Below are positions 9,101 through 19,149 of a stretch of DNA of 64,000 nucleotides, in pieces (the first letter of the stretch is position 1; every line of letters starts with the position of its first letter). Where the stretch lies: sequence record OW849071.1; one strand, written 5' to 3'. Source of the DNA: a plasmid. The translations under genes and the position numbers were made by a program. The notes below the pieces were generated by a model, which was not told the DNA's origin, searched no databases, and worked only from the letters and a program-made list of their open reading frames with translations.

Positions 9101-11409
9101 TTAATACCGTCAAACACGCCCGCGCCCGCGGCCAGGGTCTGCGTGGTTTTCTGCCCCGGCCGCTGTACCGTCAGCTGCCCCTCCTCCACTTTCATCACCG
9201 TGATGCTTTCCCCGCCTTTCAGGCGTGTGTCCGGTATCTTCCCAAGCACCGCCAGACGTTCCCCCTCTGCCACCGGCAGTGTATCTGCCCGGAACAGCGT
9301 CCACTGGCTGTCGACCGCGGAAACCTTCAGATCCAGACGACCCCCTTCCCGGTCTTTCAGGGTCAGCATATTGCTGCTCGCGGTCACCCGGTCAATGACA
9401 AAGCGATCGTGCGTCCGGTTCTCCGGATCCCAGCGTTCCATCACCATCCCCTCCCGGTAATAATCCCGCACGCCCCGGCTTTTGCTGTCCAGCCACACCG
9501 GCGTCAGGGCTGTAATGGTCGTGTCTTTCTCACCCAGCACCCCCTCCTGTCTGAGGGAGTCACGGATGAGGCCGTTGAGTACGCTCTGTTCACGGGTCCC
9601 GCTGATTTGGGCCACGCTTTCCTGCCCTTCACGCACGCTGACGGCAAACTCCTGTGCCAGCCGGCTGTAGCGTGCTCCTTTATCCGGTTCACTGATGATG
9701 TCGGCTGTGGTCTGATGGCCACCCTGCCAGCGATACGTATTCACGCCGCTGTCCTTCAGCACCGCCAGCGCGCTGCCGGTCCCGCTGCGCTTCCCGCTGT
9801 CGGAGAGCAGGACCTGCACGTTATGGCGCATCGCGCCATCGAGCAGGGAAATCGTTTCCTTCAGGCTCAGCTTCTCCGCCTGATCCACGATGAGTGTTCC
9901 GCCCGGAATAAACGCCGTCCCGTCCTGCAGGGCGGATTTACCGGTCACCGTTTCCCCGGCCAGACGCACATCACCGGCGAGAAAATCACGTGAGCGGTTA
10001 TCGGCCGCCAGGATATGGACATCACGCCCCTGCTCCCGGGACATCAGGGTTAACTCGGCCACCCGCTCCCGCTGGCCGGTGGCACCGCCCTGACCGGAAA
10101 CGATACCCATTACCGGGCGATCCTGCGCCAGCACGCTGACGGCATCGCTGAAAGGAACCTGGCGCACCACAGACGCATCGGGCGTGACGGAGACATGATT
10201 CTGGCGCTGCACCTCCTGACTCAGGGCTTTGACGGCGAGTTCATCGAGAACGTGGATGTTTGAGGTGAACAGCCCTTTCTCGCGATCGAGAGGGATAAGC
10301 TGCTCCCGTTCAATGGCGGCATCGATGCCCTTTCTCGCCAGCTCAAACACACCGTCCTTCGCCTCCAGCTGGCCGACCGTGCGTGCCAGCAGGTCGGCAT
10401 ACGTGAACTGCACCTTGCGGTCGCTGAGACCGGCAATCGCTTTCGTCACCACATCCGTGATATCCGGACCGTCAGTGTTCACCGGCGCGGCAGGTGCACG
10501 GGCCAGCTCTGCGGCTCGCGCATCGGCGGCCTCACGGTACCCCCGGATGTCAAACCCGGTCTCCTTCAGCGTGTTCATCCACTCCACCATCTTCTCTGCC
10601 GGATCGATGGCTTCTTTCGACTTGCGGGTATCGAGCGCGGCCACATCCCGTGACTTCAGGGAGGCATCGGGTCCTGCAGCCTCCCGGAGTTCCTGACTGC
10701 GCGTGGAAAACGACTCAACCGGCACGCCCTCCATCTCCCACATGCCATTCCGACCCGCATCGACTGTCTTGTAACCCATAGACTCAACATCGGCCCTGAG
10801 AGAGTTCTGGTATATCTTTCCGAAAGCGATGCGGTTGGCCAGTATGGTTTCGGAGAACCCGGTTTTACCGACGGTATCGCTGGCCAGCGTCTGCCATTTA
10901 TCGCCGTTCTGTGTCGCGTTGATAACCACGCTGTGTGTGTGTATCTGTGGATCCTGAGCGCGCGATGTATCATGGTTAAAGCGGGCAATAATCAGATTCC
11001 CGGTCAGGACTGTTTCAGACACGCCATCTTTCTTTACCCGTGTGGAAGCAAGGGACTCCACCTGGTTAAGAGCCACTGTTACCGCGCGATTATGAGCATC
11101 GATGAGACGCTTATCGCCGCCCAACATAGCCAGCATCGATACACTTTTCGGTGCCGAGAACGTCAGGTCATAACCGGGCCGGTGCTTATTCACGCCATCC
11201 TGTATCCGGGTCAGGTCGCTGCCATCAGGTAGTTTTCCCTGCAGAAGCTCCGTGAAGACCTGCTTGTCTACCTTTCCTTCAAGTCCCAGCAATTCTGCGC
11301 CTTTACCCTGCCAGCGCTCCTCCATGCTCCCGATGACGTAGTAATTGTCTTTCTCTGTGTAGTAGTTACCGGCACTGCCCGCCGATTTAACCTGGCTGAA
11401 ACTGAGCAT
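6151..11409 (-). CDS. traI: Relaxase/helicase TraI
   Basis: 1752 aa. N-terminus [40 protein letters not shown] (relaxase His triad); Walker A GYAGVGKTT. Near-collinear with F TraI along its length. Confidence 0.97.
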   Translation of the reverse strand: MLSFSQVKSAGSAGNYYTEKDNYYVIGSMEERWQGKGAELLGLEGKVDKQVFTELLQGKLPDGSDLTRIQDGVNKHRPGYDLTFSAPKSVSMLAMLGGDKRLIDAHNRAVTVALNQVESLASTRVKKDGVSETVLTGNLIIARFNHDTSRAQDPQIHTHSVVINATQNGDKWQTLASDTVGKTGFSETILANRIAFGKIYQNSLRADVESMGYKTVDAGRNGMWEMEGVPVESFSTRSQELREAAGPDASLKSRDVAALDTRKSKEAIDPAEKMVEWMNTLKETGFDIRGYREAADARAAELARAPAAPVNTDGPDITDVVTKAIAGLSDRKVQFTYADLLARTVGQLEAKDGVFELARKGIDAAIEREQLIPLDREKGLFTSNIHVLDELAVKALSQEVQRQNHVSVTPDASVVRQVPFSDAVSVLAQDRPVMGIVSGQGGATGQRERVAELTLMSREQGRDVHILAADNRSRDFLAGDVRLAGETVTGKSALQDGTAFIPGGTLIVDQAEKLSLKETISLLDGAMRHNVQVLLSDSGKRSGTGSALAVLKDSGVNTYRWQGGHQTTADIISEPDKGARYSRLAQEFAVSVREGQESVAQISGTREQSVLNGLIRDSLRQEGVLGEKDTTITALTPVWLDSKSRGVRDYYREGMVMERWDPENRTHDRFVIDRVTASSNMLTLKDREGGRLDLKVSAVDSQWTLFRADTLPVAEGERLAVLGKIPDTRLKGGESITVMKVEEGQLTVQRPGQKTTQTLAAGAGVFDGIKVGHGWVESPGRSVSETATVFASVTQRELDNATLNQLAQSGSHLRLYSAQDAARTTEKLSRHTAFSVVSEQLKSRSGETDLDTAIAQQKAGLHTPAEQAIHLAIPLLESQDLTFSRPQLLATAMETGGGKVSMADIDTTIQAQIRSGQLLNVPVAHGYGNDLLISRQTWDAEKSILTHVLEGKGAVAPLMDRVPASLMTDLTAGQRAATRMILESTDRFTVVQGYAGVGKTTQFRAVMSAISLLPEETRPRVIGLAPTHRAVGEMQSAGVDARTTASFLHDTQLLQRNGQTPDFSNTLFLLDESSMVGLADMAKAHSLIAAGGGRAVPSGDTDQLPPIASGQPFRLTQQRSAADVAIMKEIVRQMPELRPAVYSLIERDVHRALTTIEQVTPEQVPRKEGAWAPGSSVVEFTPKQEKAIEKALSEGKTLPEGQPATLYEALVKDYTGRTPEAQSQTLVITHLNKDRRALNSLIHDARRENGETGKEEITLPVLVTSNIRDGELRKLSTWTAHKEAVALVDNVYHRISKVDKDNQLITLTDSEGKERFISPREASAEGVTLYRQEKITVSQGDRMRFSKSDPERGYVANSIWEVQSVSGDSVTLSDGKLTRTLTPKAEQAQQHIDLAYAITAHGAQGASEPYAIALEGVAGGREQMASFESAYVALSRMKQHVQVYTDSREGWIKAIKHSPEKATAHDILEPRNDRAVKTADLLFGRARPLDETAAGRAALQQSGLAQGSSPGKFISPGKKYPQPHVALPAFDKNGKAAGIWLSPLTDRDGRLEAIGGGGRIMGNEDARFVALQNSRNGESLLAGNMGEGVRMARDNPDTGVVVRLAGDDRPWNPGAMTGGRVWAEPAPVAPVPQAGADIILPPEVLAQRAAEEQQRREMEKQAEQTAREVAGEARKAGEPADRVKEVIGDVIRGLERDRPGTEKTTLPDDPQFRRQEAAIQQVASERLQRERLQAVERDMVRDLNREKTLGGD

Positions 11410-13721
11410 CAGAAATTCCCTCCAATCTCGACATCATCCTGCTCATCGTGACGGTGGCTGTGGTTGATATTGACTTCCTCACGCCGCTGCATATCCCGCT
11501 GTGTCTGCTCATCTGCCAGCCAGGCGTCATACGCCTGCATGTCCTCGATGACGCCGTCCTCGTTCATGCCGGCCGGCAGCATGTCCTGTCCCTGTTCCGC
11601 TGACTGCTGCGCCAGTTCCTGTTGTGTCCCGCCTGCAGCTGTTGCAGGGGCACCGGAAGAGGATGCTGTTGAGGCAGCAGCGGCCGCTGCGGCTGCTTTT
11701 GGTTTGATCAACGGTACGGTCGTGACCCGCAGGACGGAAGGCTCCGTTGTTCTGACGGAAGGTTCCGCTGCCGGACGCTTTATTGTCGGCGGCGCTTTTA
11801 CCGGTTCCGGAGATACTGTCATGTCTGCTGGCGCAGGCTGACTGACCGGCTCAGGTTGTTCACCGGCGTGACTGTTTGTATCAGCGGGCCCGGATGCCGG
11901 CGCATCCGGAGTGAAAAGCGCCCTGGCAAGGCTGCCTTCAGCTTCCCGCGCTTCAAGCAACGCACTGAGCCGCGCATCCACCCGCGCATCGAGAGTGCGA
12001 GGAATAAATCCCTCGGCAATTTTCGGACGCGGCTTGTATTTGAGGGCCAGCTTCACGGCCGGATATGGCCCGGGCAGCGTGACGTAACAGGACAGGTCAG
12101 GCAGCGTCTGAATATCGGAGTAACTGACCAGCGTTTCCCGCTCTTTTTCTTTCCCGGTCGATACACCATCACGCACCGGGTCAGCACCGTAAGAGTACTG
12201 CTCGCTGGCTTTGAGGATTTCCTTCTCGCCAATTTCACCGGCAGCAAACTCCGCGATCTCCCTGCTGGGTGAACGGAAGAAGGCCCGGGTGTTCATTACG
12301 TCAAAGAGCGTGGCGGCAGGCTTAACGCCATAGATGTCTTCCAGCTGGGCATAGGACTGAATACCGAAAACATAACAACCACCAAATTTACGCGCCTCAG
12401 GGAGGATTTCGACCAGGTCAGGCAGCTTGTGCAGCGTGGGGAGCTCGTCGGCGAATATCCACACGCGCCGGTTACGGTTCTCCCCCATCGCCAGCAGGCC
12501 GCGGATGGCAATTGACAGCCACATCGAGATAACCGGCTTCAGGGAAGCATGGGTGTCGGCGTTGGAGGAGATAAACAGCCAGCCATTGGGTCTGTCCTCA
12601 CGGACACCGCGCATCCAGTCCCGGATAGTGAACGGCTCCCCGTTCTTCTCGATGCCCTGCAGGTAGCGAATAGCCTTGACGTAGTTGGTCAGCACGGCAC
12701 GAATGGAGATGGCCGTTTTCTCAATTTTCTCTTCAACCAGGTTCGCTGCCGGCGTGTTCTGCAGATAAGCGCGCAGCTTGTCGATTTTAATGGACAGCAT
12801 GGTATCGACCAGCTTCTCGTAGCTGCGATCGTCGTCTTCGCGCATCAGATACGCGCCTTCGGCAAAGATAGTGCGACCGGAGCCCTGCCAGAACGGGTCT
12901 TCTTTGGTACCCATCGGGATAAGGGTGTTGGAGATGTTGTCGAAGTCCGGCAGCGTCAGGCACTCTTTCCACAAATCCCAGGCAGCGCAGCGCGAATCCA
13001 GCGGGTTGAGGATTTTATCCAGTGACGGGTCGTAATAGCTTTTGACGAACTCACAGGAGCGATCGTAAATGATGGCCATATCGCCACGTGCACGCACGTA
13101 GTTCAGTAGCCGGCGGATCACTTCTGATTTACCGGAACCTACGGTACCGTGGAGGCAAAAGTTCTGGATTTCGGAGTTTTTAAGAATAGGCAGATCGCCA
13201 ATTTTAATATCGGAGGCCATACCATCACGCTTCATCTGACGGGCCACTTCTTTGGGCTTATCGGAAAGCTGGCGCCCGCCGGTATTCTCATCCTCACTCT
13301 GCTGTTTCCCCTGGCGGCCCAGCACCCAGCTGGCGATGAAGAACGTCACGATACAGATAACAAGAGAAACCACGGCTGCAAAGACGAAACTGGTCCACAG
13401 CTGCTCTCCGCACCAGATAGTATATTTATCGGCCAGGATTTGTTCTGAGGTATATTCCAGCGACTGGCCGTAATACTGAATGGTGTATACCGGCTGGGAA
13501 CGAATAATATCGCGCATCGGACCCAGCGTCGTACACCACCAGTATACGCAGCCGTTCACAAAGGTTTGCCAGCTGAGCCGGTACATCAGCATCAGCCCGC
13601 ACAGCACCCAGAATAAAATAAACAGCACGTAGAAAATAATATTGGCAATCTGACCAAACATGCGAAAGCGCATATTGGCGATCTGACCACCCTGCGTCAT
13701 ATCTTTGGCATTAAAACTCAT
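11409..13721 (-). CDS. traD: Type IV coupling protein TraD
   Basis: 770 aa, N-terminal TMs, Walker A (GTVGSGKS), TraD-like body; stop overlaps traI start (ATGA). C-terminus Ala/Gln-rich low complexity. Confidence 0.95.
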   Translation of the reverse strand: MSFNAKDMTQGGQIANMRFRMFGQIANIIFYVLFILFWVLCGLMLMYRLSWQTFVNGCVYWWCTTLGPMRDIIRSQPVYTIQYYGQSLEYTSEQILADKYTIWCGEQLWTSFVFAAVVSLVICIVTFFIASWVLGRQGKQQSEDENTGGRQLSDKPKEVARQMKRDGMASDIKIGDLPILKNSEIQNFCLHGTVGSGKSEVIRRLLNYVRARGDMAIIYDRSCEFVKSYYDPSLDKILNPLDSRCAAWDLWKECLTLPDFDNISNTLIPMGTKEDPFWQGSGRTIFAEGAYLMREDDDRSYEKLVDTMLSIKIDKLRAYLQNTPAANLVEEKIEKTAISIRAVLTNYVKAIRYLQGIEKNGEPFTIRDWMRGVREDRPNGWLFISSNADTHASLKPVISMWLSIAIRGLLAMGENRNRRVWIFADELPTLHKLPDLVEILPEARKFGGCYVFGIQSYAQLEDIYGVKPAATLFDVMNTRAFFRSPSREIAEFAAGEIGEKEILKASEQYSYGADPVRDGVSTGKEKERETLVSYSDIQTLPDLSCYVTLPGPYPAVKLALKYKPRPKIAEGFIPRTLDARVDARLSALLEAREAEGSLARALFTPDAPASGPADTNSHAGEQPEPVSQPAPADMTVSPEPVKAPPTIKRPAAEPSVRTTEPSVLRVTTVPLIKPKAAAAAAAASTASSSGAPATAAGGTQQELAQQSAEQGQDMLPAGMNEDGVIEDMQAYDAWLADEQTQRDMQRREEVNINHSHRHDEQDDVEIGGNF

Positions 13722-13849
13722 GGCACTAATCCGTCAGTAAAGTATTAGGGTCGGAAGGACAAATTAATCAGCGGAAATACACCGGCACAGAAAACAGGAT
13801 TACAGTCATGCCCGGATCCATAGATGACCAGGCCGGATACTTATTGCTA

Positions 13850-14539
13850 TTAAGAGGTTATGCAGAAGGAATAGCCCTCTGAGCCAGGGCAGTGCCCGCC
13901 TTTAATATACGACTTCGCCACTTGCCGTCCGGCCTCATCGACCAGGGCATGCAGTGTGGATGGCAATGTTTCAGCCGTGTACTGCAGGCAGACGCAGTAG
14001 CATTTCACCGGAGGTTTAATCATATCCGGACGTTCAAACCAGCCGGTCGACGGGAAAATCCGTGTGCCGAAGAGCCTGTCAGAAGGAAACTGAGTCTGCA
14101 CGGACCAGGCAAACACGTCGTCAGCGCTGTCGCGGCGATTGACGCCGGGGATATACAGATTTTCTGCTTCGCGGACAACACGGGAGGCAAGAGAGGACAA
14201 GGCGGAGTCATCCGTGCTGGCCGGGCCTTCCACACATATGGAAAGATGGAAGTATTCCGGTTTGCTCTGTGCTTCTGGCTTTGTATCGGGAATAACTGAC
14301 GCCGTGTCTCGCTTACGTCCCGTGGAAGACGTCATTAACTTTTGGAAAAAGACACCTGCGATGAAAACAAGCAGAAGAATAACTAACGCGCTGCAGATAT
14401 ACATGATGTGGTCACTGAAGAGAGAACAGACCTCGCAATGTGACAGGGAATAACTTCCCCCCACTGCAGGATGTGGGTAAATATCGCCAGGCATCAGTTC
14501 ATGTGTATTAAGAGACCTGACAGGCTCAGATATTGTCAT
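13850..14539 (-). CDS. hypothetical membrane-anchored protein inserted between traT and traD
   Basis: ORF with RBS (GAGGT) before Met at 14539; one TM helix; no F counterpart at this position. Confidence 0.45.
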   Translation of the reverse strand: MTISEPVRSLNTHELMPGDIYPHPAVGGSYSLSHCEVCSLFSDHIMYICSALVILLLVFIAGVFFQKLMTSSTGRKRDTASVIPDTKPEAQSKPEYFHLSICVEGPASTDDSALSSLASRVVREAENLYIPGVNRRDSADDVFAWSVQTQFPSDRLFGTRIFPSTGWFERPDMIKPPVKCYCVCLQYTAETLPSTLHALVDEAGRQVAKSYIKGGHCPGSEGYSFCITS

Positions 14540-14566
14540 AAATAACCTCTGTTCAAATAAAGACGA

Positions 14567-14632
14567 AAGACTCCGCCGAAGGCGGCAACGCCTCACAGAT
14601 GCACAAATAAATTGCGCAACTGTTCACCGTTT
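14567..14632 (-). terminator. ~66-bp repeat containing rho-independent terminator hairpin (downstream of traT)
   Basis: Hairpin GCCGCCTTCGGCGG followed by a T-rich tract on the minus strand; near-identical copy at 15712..15778. Confidence 0.5.
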
Positions 14633-14730
14633 AGATGTGGAATTAACTGATTATTTGACGAATGAATTCTGACACGCCAGAAAGGTGATGCCAGTCTGGC
14701 CCGGAGTACCCGGGCCGTGGAATAGAACGC

Positions 14731-15462
14731 TTACAGAATATTAGCGATCGATTTTGCCAGCTGGTCTTCAAGAACAGGCTGGGCTTCAGGGAACTTGAGG
14801 TTAACTTTATTAGCGTTAGAGACGATGCGAGTCTGGTATTTATGTTGATTACCCGTTTCAGTACTTGTCTGCACTTTTGCGCCAGATGTTCCCTGACGTA
14901 ATACGGCCACGTTATCAGTCTGAACCTGTGTTTTGGTTCTTTCCGCGATCTGAACATCGGTGATCATGGTGTAGTTCACATCTTCCACCATCGCGTCAGC
15001 CGCCATTCCGACCAGACCGGCTGCAAGCCCTACTCCCAGGGTTGCTCCCGCGGAACTGGAGTTGTAAGCGGTAATCCCCGCCCCAAGAGCGGCGCCAGTC
15101 ACAGCGCCCTCATAACCCCGGCTTAACCAGCCCTGAGACTCACGAAGGTCCATTTTATCGGCCTTGAGCACATTCGCCTGGATCCAGTAGCCCGCCGTAT
15201 CGGGGTTACTGACGACCTGATATCCCTTTGAAGTGACAGCGCTGGCAATTTTTGCCTGCAGGCCACTCATATCCTTATCGGAGGTATTTTTGATTTGCAG
15301 ATAAACCGTCTTATTATTTGAAGGTTCCAGCCAGATTGTTTCGCTCATCTGGGTTTTTACTTCCAGATTTCTCTTTTTAATAGCGGTTCCCATTGCACTA
15401 CATCCAGACAACACCAGAGCAGAGCTGACGACCATCACAGCCATGACTTTATTAAGCTTCAT
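14731..15462 (-). CDS. traT: Surface exclusion / serum-resistance lipoprotein TraT
   Basis: Near-identical to F TraT (lipobox LSGC; ...[17 protein letters not shown]..., C-terminus AKSIANIL). Confidence 0.93.
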   Translation of the reverse strand: MKLNKVMAVMVVSSALVLSGCSAMGTAIKKRNLEVKTQMSETIWLEPSNNKTVYLQIKNTSDKDMSGLQAKIASAVTSKGYQVVSNPDTAGYWIQANVLKADKMDLRESQGWLSRGYEGAVTGAALGAGITAYNSSSAGATLGVGLAAGLVGMAADAMVEDVNYTMITDVQIAERTKTQVQTDNVAVLRQGTSGAKVQTSTETGNQHKYQTRIVSNANKVNLKFPEAQPVLEDQLAKSIANIL

Positions 15463-15711
15463 CCTGAATCCTTGTGACATAATCAATACGAGTGAATACA
15501 CATTCTCTTATGATTTCGGAATGCGCATTCACTATATACGAATTTTAAACGAGATGTGAAAACTAATTACAGTCTAAGAAACCAATAATAACAAAGGAAA
15601 CTTTTAGCCTGTTAACAAACCACCATAATTGATAGGTTGAGTATGGATGACCAACTCCCAACTTTGACAGATTCATAAATTCCCATAATTAACCCTGACT
15701 TAATGTAAATC

Positions 15712-15778
15712 AAAAGACTCCACCGAAGGCGGCAACACCTCACAGGCGCACAAGTAAACTGCGCACCTGTTCACCGTT
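15712..15778 (-). terminator. Second copy of terminator-containing repeat (downstream of traS)
   Basis: Direct repeat of 14567..14632 with hairpin CCACCGAAGGCGG. Confidence 0.45.
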
Positions 15779-16295
15779 CATGATTTCTAACCGATTCAAT
15801 AACAGACGTCAGGGTCGCCAACTGATAACGACTAAGGTCAATATTCATAACCATAAGTGTTAATAAAAGACTGAAACCGGTAACAACAATAAAAACAACC
15901 GCATTAATTCCGTTATATGCAGAAAAAAACGCCAGGCATGGGAATATAGTAAAAATAACTGCTCCATAAGTTCTGCATTTCTTTGCTAAAAAACCAAAGA
16001 ACAACGACTTTTTCCTGAAAGACTCAGGTAAAGAAAGGAAGAGTGAGCGGGTATTCGCGGTTGCAATGATAGAAAAAATGCCCACAACTGCCGCAAAAAC
16101 CATTGATGAAATTCTATCAAGACCCGTAGAAAAATCACTTATCCCATATGAAAAATATGATGAAAGTAAAAACCAAAACATAAAAGTCAAGCCAGGCCAG
16201 ATACAACTCCAGAATGAGGGGATCGTTAAATCCTTCTCAGTCAGAACTAGTTTTAACTCGTCAATTTCACCTTGTATTATTTGATGGGTTAACAT
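15771..16295 (-). CDS. traS: Entry exclusion inner-membrane protein TraS
   Basis: Multi-TM 174-aa protein at the traS position between traG and traT. Confidence 0.6.
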   Translation of the reverse strand: MLTHQIIQGEIDELKLVLTEKDLTIPSFWSCIWPGLTFMFWFLLSSYFSYGISDFSTGLDRISSMVFAAVVGIFSIIATANTRSLFLSLPESFRKKSLFFGFLAKKCRTYGAVIFTIFPCLAFFSAYNGINAVVFIVVTGFSLLLTLMVMNIDLSRYQLATLTSVIESVRNHER

Positions 16296-16305
16296 TCTTT
16301 CCTCC

Positions 16306-19149
16306 CTATCCCTTTGGTTTCTCGTTTTCTAATTTTGTTGCCTTATCCAGTAGTTCTTTGGTTGAATCCGCGCCAGGCAGTCTGGTTTGATGCTCTTTCT
16401 TATCATTATAAGAATTTTTGAAATCATTTCCTTTTGTTTTGTGGTCATTTTCCAGTTCAGCATTCTCTTTTTTCACTTCAACGCCTTGCTGTTGTATGTT
16501 TTCACGGGTTTCCTGATGCTGTTGTTTATTCTCTGCAATCATCCCATCCACTTTCTGACCCACATTATCCTTAATACCAGCGTCTTGCGTCATGGCATCG
16601 ATACGACCAGAATTTTGTCCGTAGTCAGCCATTACCGAACCATTGTCCCCACCACCTGACACCCCAGCCATATTCTGTCCGATGCTTTCACGCCCCTGTT
16701 GATACGCGGCATCAACCCTGGGTTCAACCTGCTCTTTGACGAATTCACGCGCCAGTGCTTCACGCTGCGCCGCAATTTCAGGAGAACTGGTATTGGTCAG
16801 AATAGCCTCGGCATCCTGTGGAGCGCGACGCTGAACAAAGTTAGCAAACTGCTGAGAGAGATTCTCGCTCATCTGGCCAGTCATGCTCTCTGTGCGTGAC
16901 GCCATCTCACTGTACTCATGGCTGCGTGTCCGGCTGGTTGTATACTGGTCGTAGCTGTTTTTGGCACTGGAGAGTGACGCGGCAAACTGGTCAACACGCG
17001 AGCTGGCATTATTATCGGTGATATTACCCGATGTGGTGGTTTTGCGGCTGGTGAAGTAATCGGATGCTTCCTTAAAGTCTTTCGCCGCCTGGCTGCTGGT
17101 ATCGTGCCTACTGTCATGAGATTCCCTTCCAGATTCGGTTGTCGAGTCAGTAGAGCCACTTGATGCATTCGCTCCAGCACTAATTTTAGCCCCCCCTTCA
17201 GCAGTGAGTCCTGTAGCCCATTTACCCAGTTTCCCGACCAATTGGTCGCCACTACTCCATTTAGCATTACCATACATCTCACCTGATACCGTTCCCTTCC
17301 TAGACTCATCCATCAACTGCTGGAAAGACTCCTCATTACTGATGTTGTTGGCTTTCGCATTAGCAACAACCGCATTCCACATCTTGCTTCTGGCCATCGA
17401 ATCCTGCGAAGACTCAGTAGTATCGGCCCCGGTCGTTGTTGAGGCGCTGTTCCCTTTATTGGTGCCAAATTGCTGCAGACTATTCCAGGCACTTGTCACG
17501 CTGCTGTTATAGCCATGCAGCGCGCTTTCGGCCTGGACATCAGCCTCACGGGCCATCTGTTGCTGCGCACTGGCTATCTGACGACCGACGTTGATATCCA
17601 CCGGCAGTTTTGACATTGCACCACCACTGTCCCAGACCATCGAACCATCCCGCGTCTGCGTGCTCATGCCCCCATTCGCCAGCTGCCGCGACATCTGTCC
17701 GAAACTGGTTGTGCTGTTGGTACCCCAGCTGTAGCCGCTGACGTTCTCCATCTGCATGTTGGCGAAAGAGTAATTCCCGTCCACCACGCCGGAGGCAGCC
17801 TGCGATGTTGCACTGAGCCCCGATGAAGAAAAATGGCTGTAGGCACTGGAGAAAGCGGCCCCCATGCTCTTCACGATCCCCCACGACAAGGGCGGTATCA
17901 TCACGGCAATATAACCCGCGGTGGTCGCAATATCCGAGTTTTTGAGCTGAACCTGCGACAACTCAGAGAGAACGACCGGGACGCCATTTTGCTTCGCATA
18001 GTAGGCCATTGCGCTGTTCAGGATGGCGAACAGTAATGGCCACGTCTGCAGCCAGATAAGCGCAAACACATACCCCTTTAGCACCTGCAGCGTCATCATG
18101 TTAAACATGGCGGCCATCACCATGATCGGGAACATCCCAATCATTATCCCCATGATAACGGTCTGCATCAGCGGAAGTGTGCGAAGCGCCTGGTGCCCCA
18201 TTGTGGCCTGTGCCAGCCGCTGCTTTTCAAGGGATGATGTGTTAGCCATATTGACCAGACTGGCAGTGTCCCCGCTGCGGGCCGCATAACTCTGGATCCC
18301 ACTGCGCAGGGCGTTCATCGTGACGTTCTGGCGGATAATCTGCCCGGCGCTCTGTCCCGAGCTGTAGAAGTAATTGTAGCTGTCGCCAATCATCTGGCTG
18401 AAAAGCAGATCGGGATTAGGTTTGCCGCCAAACAGCTGACGAACATAGTAGTTCCAGGTTTTACCGCCTGTCTGAGTATCCAGCGCGAGAGCCGATTTCA
18501 GATCCCGTGAGGCCTCCTCGCATGTCTGGAACTGGTTGTTTTTGTCAAACACGCCACGCAGTGGACTCGGGTTTGCAAAAATCAGGGTATACGGATCAGG
18601 TGAATTCAGTAATTCCTCAAAAGAGTACTTATGATTGAGGAAAATATCGCCCATCACACAGTTTTGTACGTAATCGGAAAACAGCGTCGTAATCTGAGGA
18701 TTTTGTGACAAAAAATCCGTACTTTTCGCGACCAGATTACTGCCAAATAACATCCCCGTTTTACTGTACGTGACACTGTCCGGCAGCGCGAAGACCATCT
18801 CATAACTCTGGATAAGCGCGTTTCCTACCCGCGTTGTCAGCGACGCCGGAATGGCCAGACCAATAGGTACATTATCGACTTCATAGACCTGCGCAACGTT
18901 ACTGTAATCGATGATCTGCACAGGGGTGCGAATGACAACCAGCATAGAGACCAGGGTGAGGGAAAAGACCCAGCCCAAAAGGTCCATCACGTTGTGTTTT
19001 TTTACCCAGTTCCCCGCCACAATGAGTACCGAGATGGCGATACACATCTTTTCTATGGTCGACCATGTGCCGGTCTCCATAAACGCCGCAATCGCGTTCA
19101 GGTTGCCCCGTAACCAGTCACCGCCTGCAATGGCATATACCTCAAGCAT
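16306..19149 (-). CDS. traG: Mating pair stabilisation / pilus assembly protein TraG
   Basis: 947 aa, N-terminal polytopic domain and periplasmic C-domain; position and size as F TraG. Confidence 0.93.
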   Translation of the reverse strand: MLEVYAIAGGDWLRGNLNAIAAFMETGTWSTIEKMCIAISVLIVAGNWVKKHNVMDLLGWVFSLTLVSMLVVIRTPVQIIDYSNVAQVYEVDNVPIGLAIPASLTTRVGNALIQSYEMVFALPDSVTYSKTGMLFGSNLVAKSTDFLSQNPQITTLFSDYVQNCVMGDIFLNHKYSFEELLNSPDPYTLIFANPSPLRGVFDKNNQFQTCEEASRDLKSALALDTQTGGKTWNYYVRQLFGGKPNPDLLFSQMIGDSYNYFYSSGQSAGQIIRQNVTMNALRSGIQSYAARSGDTASLVNMANTSSLEKQRLAQATMGHQALRTLPLMQTVIMGIMIGMFPIMVMAAMFNMMTLQVLKGYVFALIWLQTWPLLFAILNSAMAYYAKQNGVPVVLSELSQVQLKNSDIATTAGYIAVMIPPLSWGIVKSMGAAFSSAYSHFSSSGLSATSQAASGVVDGNYSFANMQMENVSGYSWGTNSTTSFGQMSRQLANGGMSTQTRDGSMVWDSGGAMSKLPVDINVGRQIASAQQQMAREADVQAESALHGYNSSVTSAWNSLQQFGTNKGNSASTTTGADTTESSQDSMARSKMWNAVVANAKANNISNEESFQQLMDESRKGTVSGEMYGNAKWSSGDQLVGKLGKWATGLTAEGGAKISAGANASSGSTDSTTESGRESHDSRHDTSSQAAKDFKEASDYFTSRKTTTSGNITDNNASSRVDQFAASLSSAKNSYDQYTTSRTRSHEYSEMASRTESMTGQMSENLSQQFANFVQRRAPQDAEAILTNTSSPEIAAQREALAREFVKEQVEPRVDAAYQQGRESIGQNMAGVSGGGDNGSVMADYGQNSGRIDAMTQDAGIKDNVGQKVDGMIAENKQQHQETRENIQQQGVEVKKENAELENDHKTKGNDFKNSYNDKKEHQTRLPGADSTKELLDKATKLENEKPKG

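Noticed and set aside
7531-9993. Long + strand ORFs (455 and 358 aa) inside traI
   Set aside because: They are antisense to a confidently identified TraI gene in GC-rich DNA. The translations are Arg/Pro/Gly-rich low-complexity sequence with no motifs, which is a typical artefact of high-GC antisense frames.
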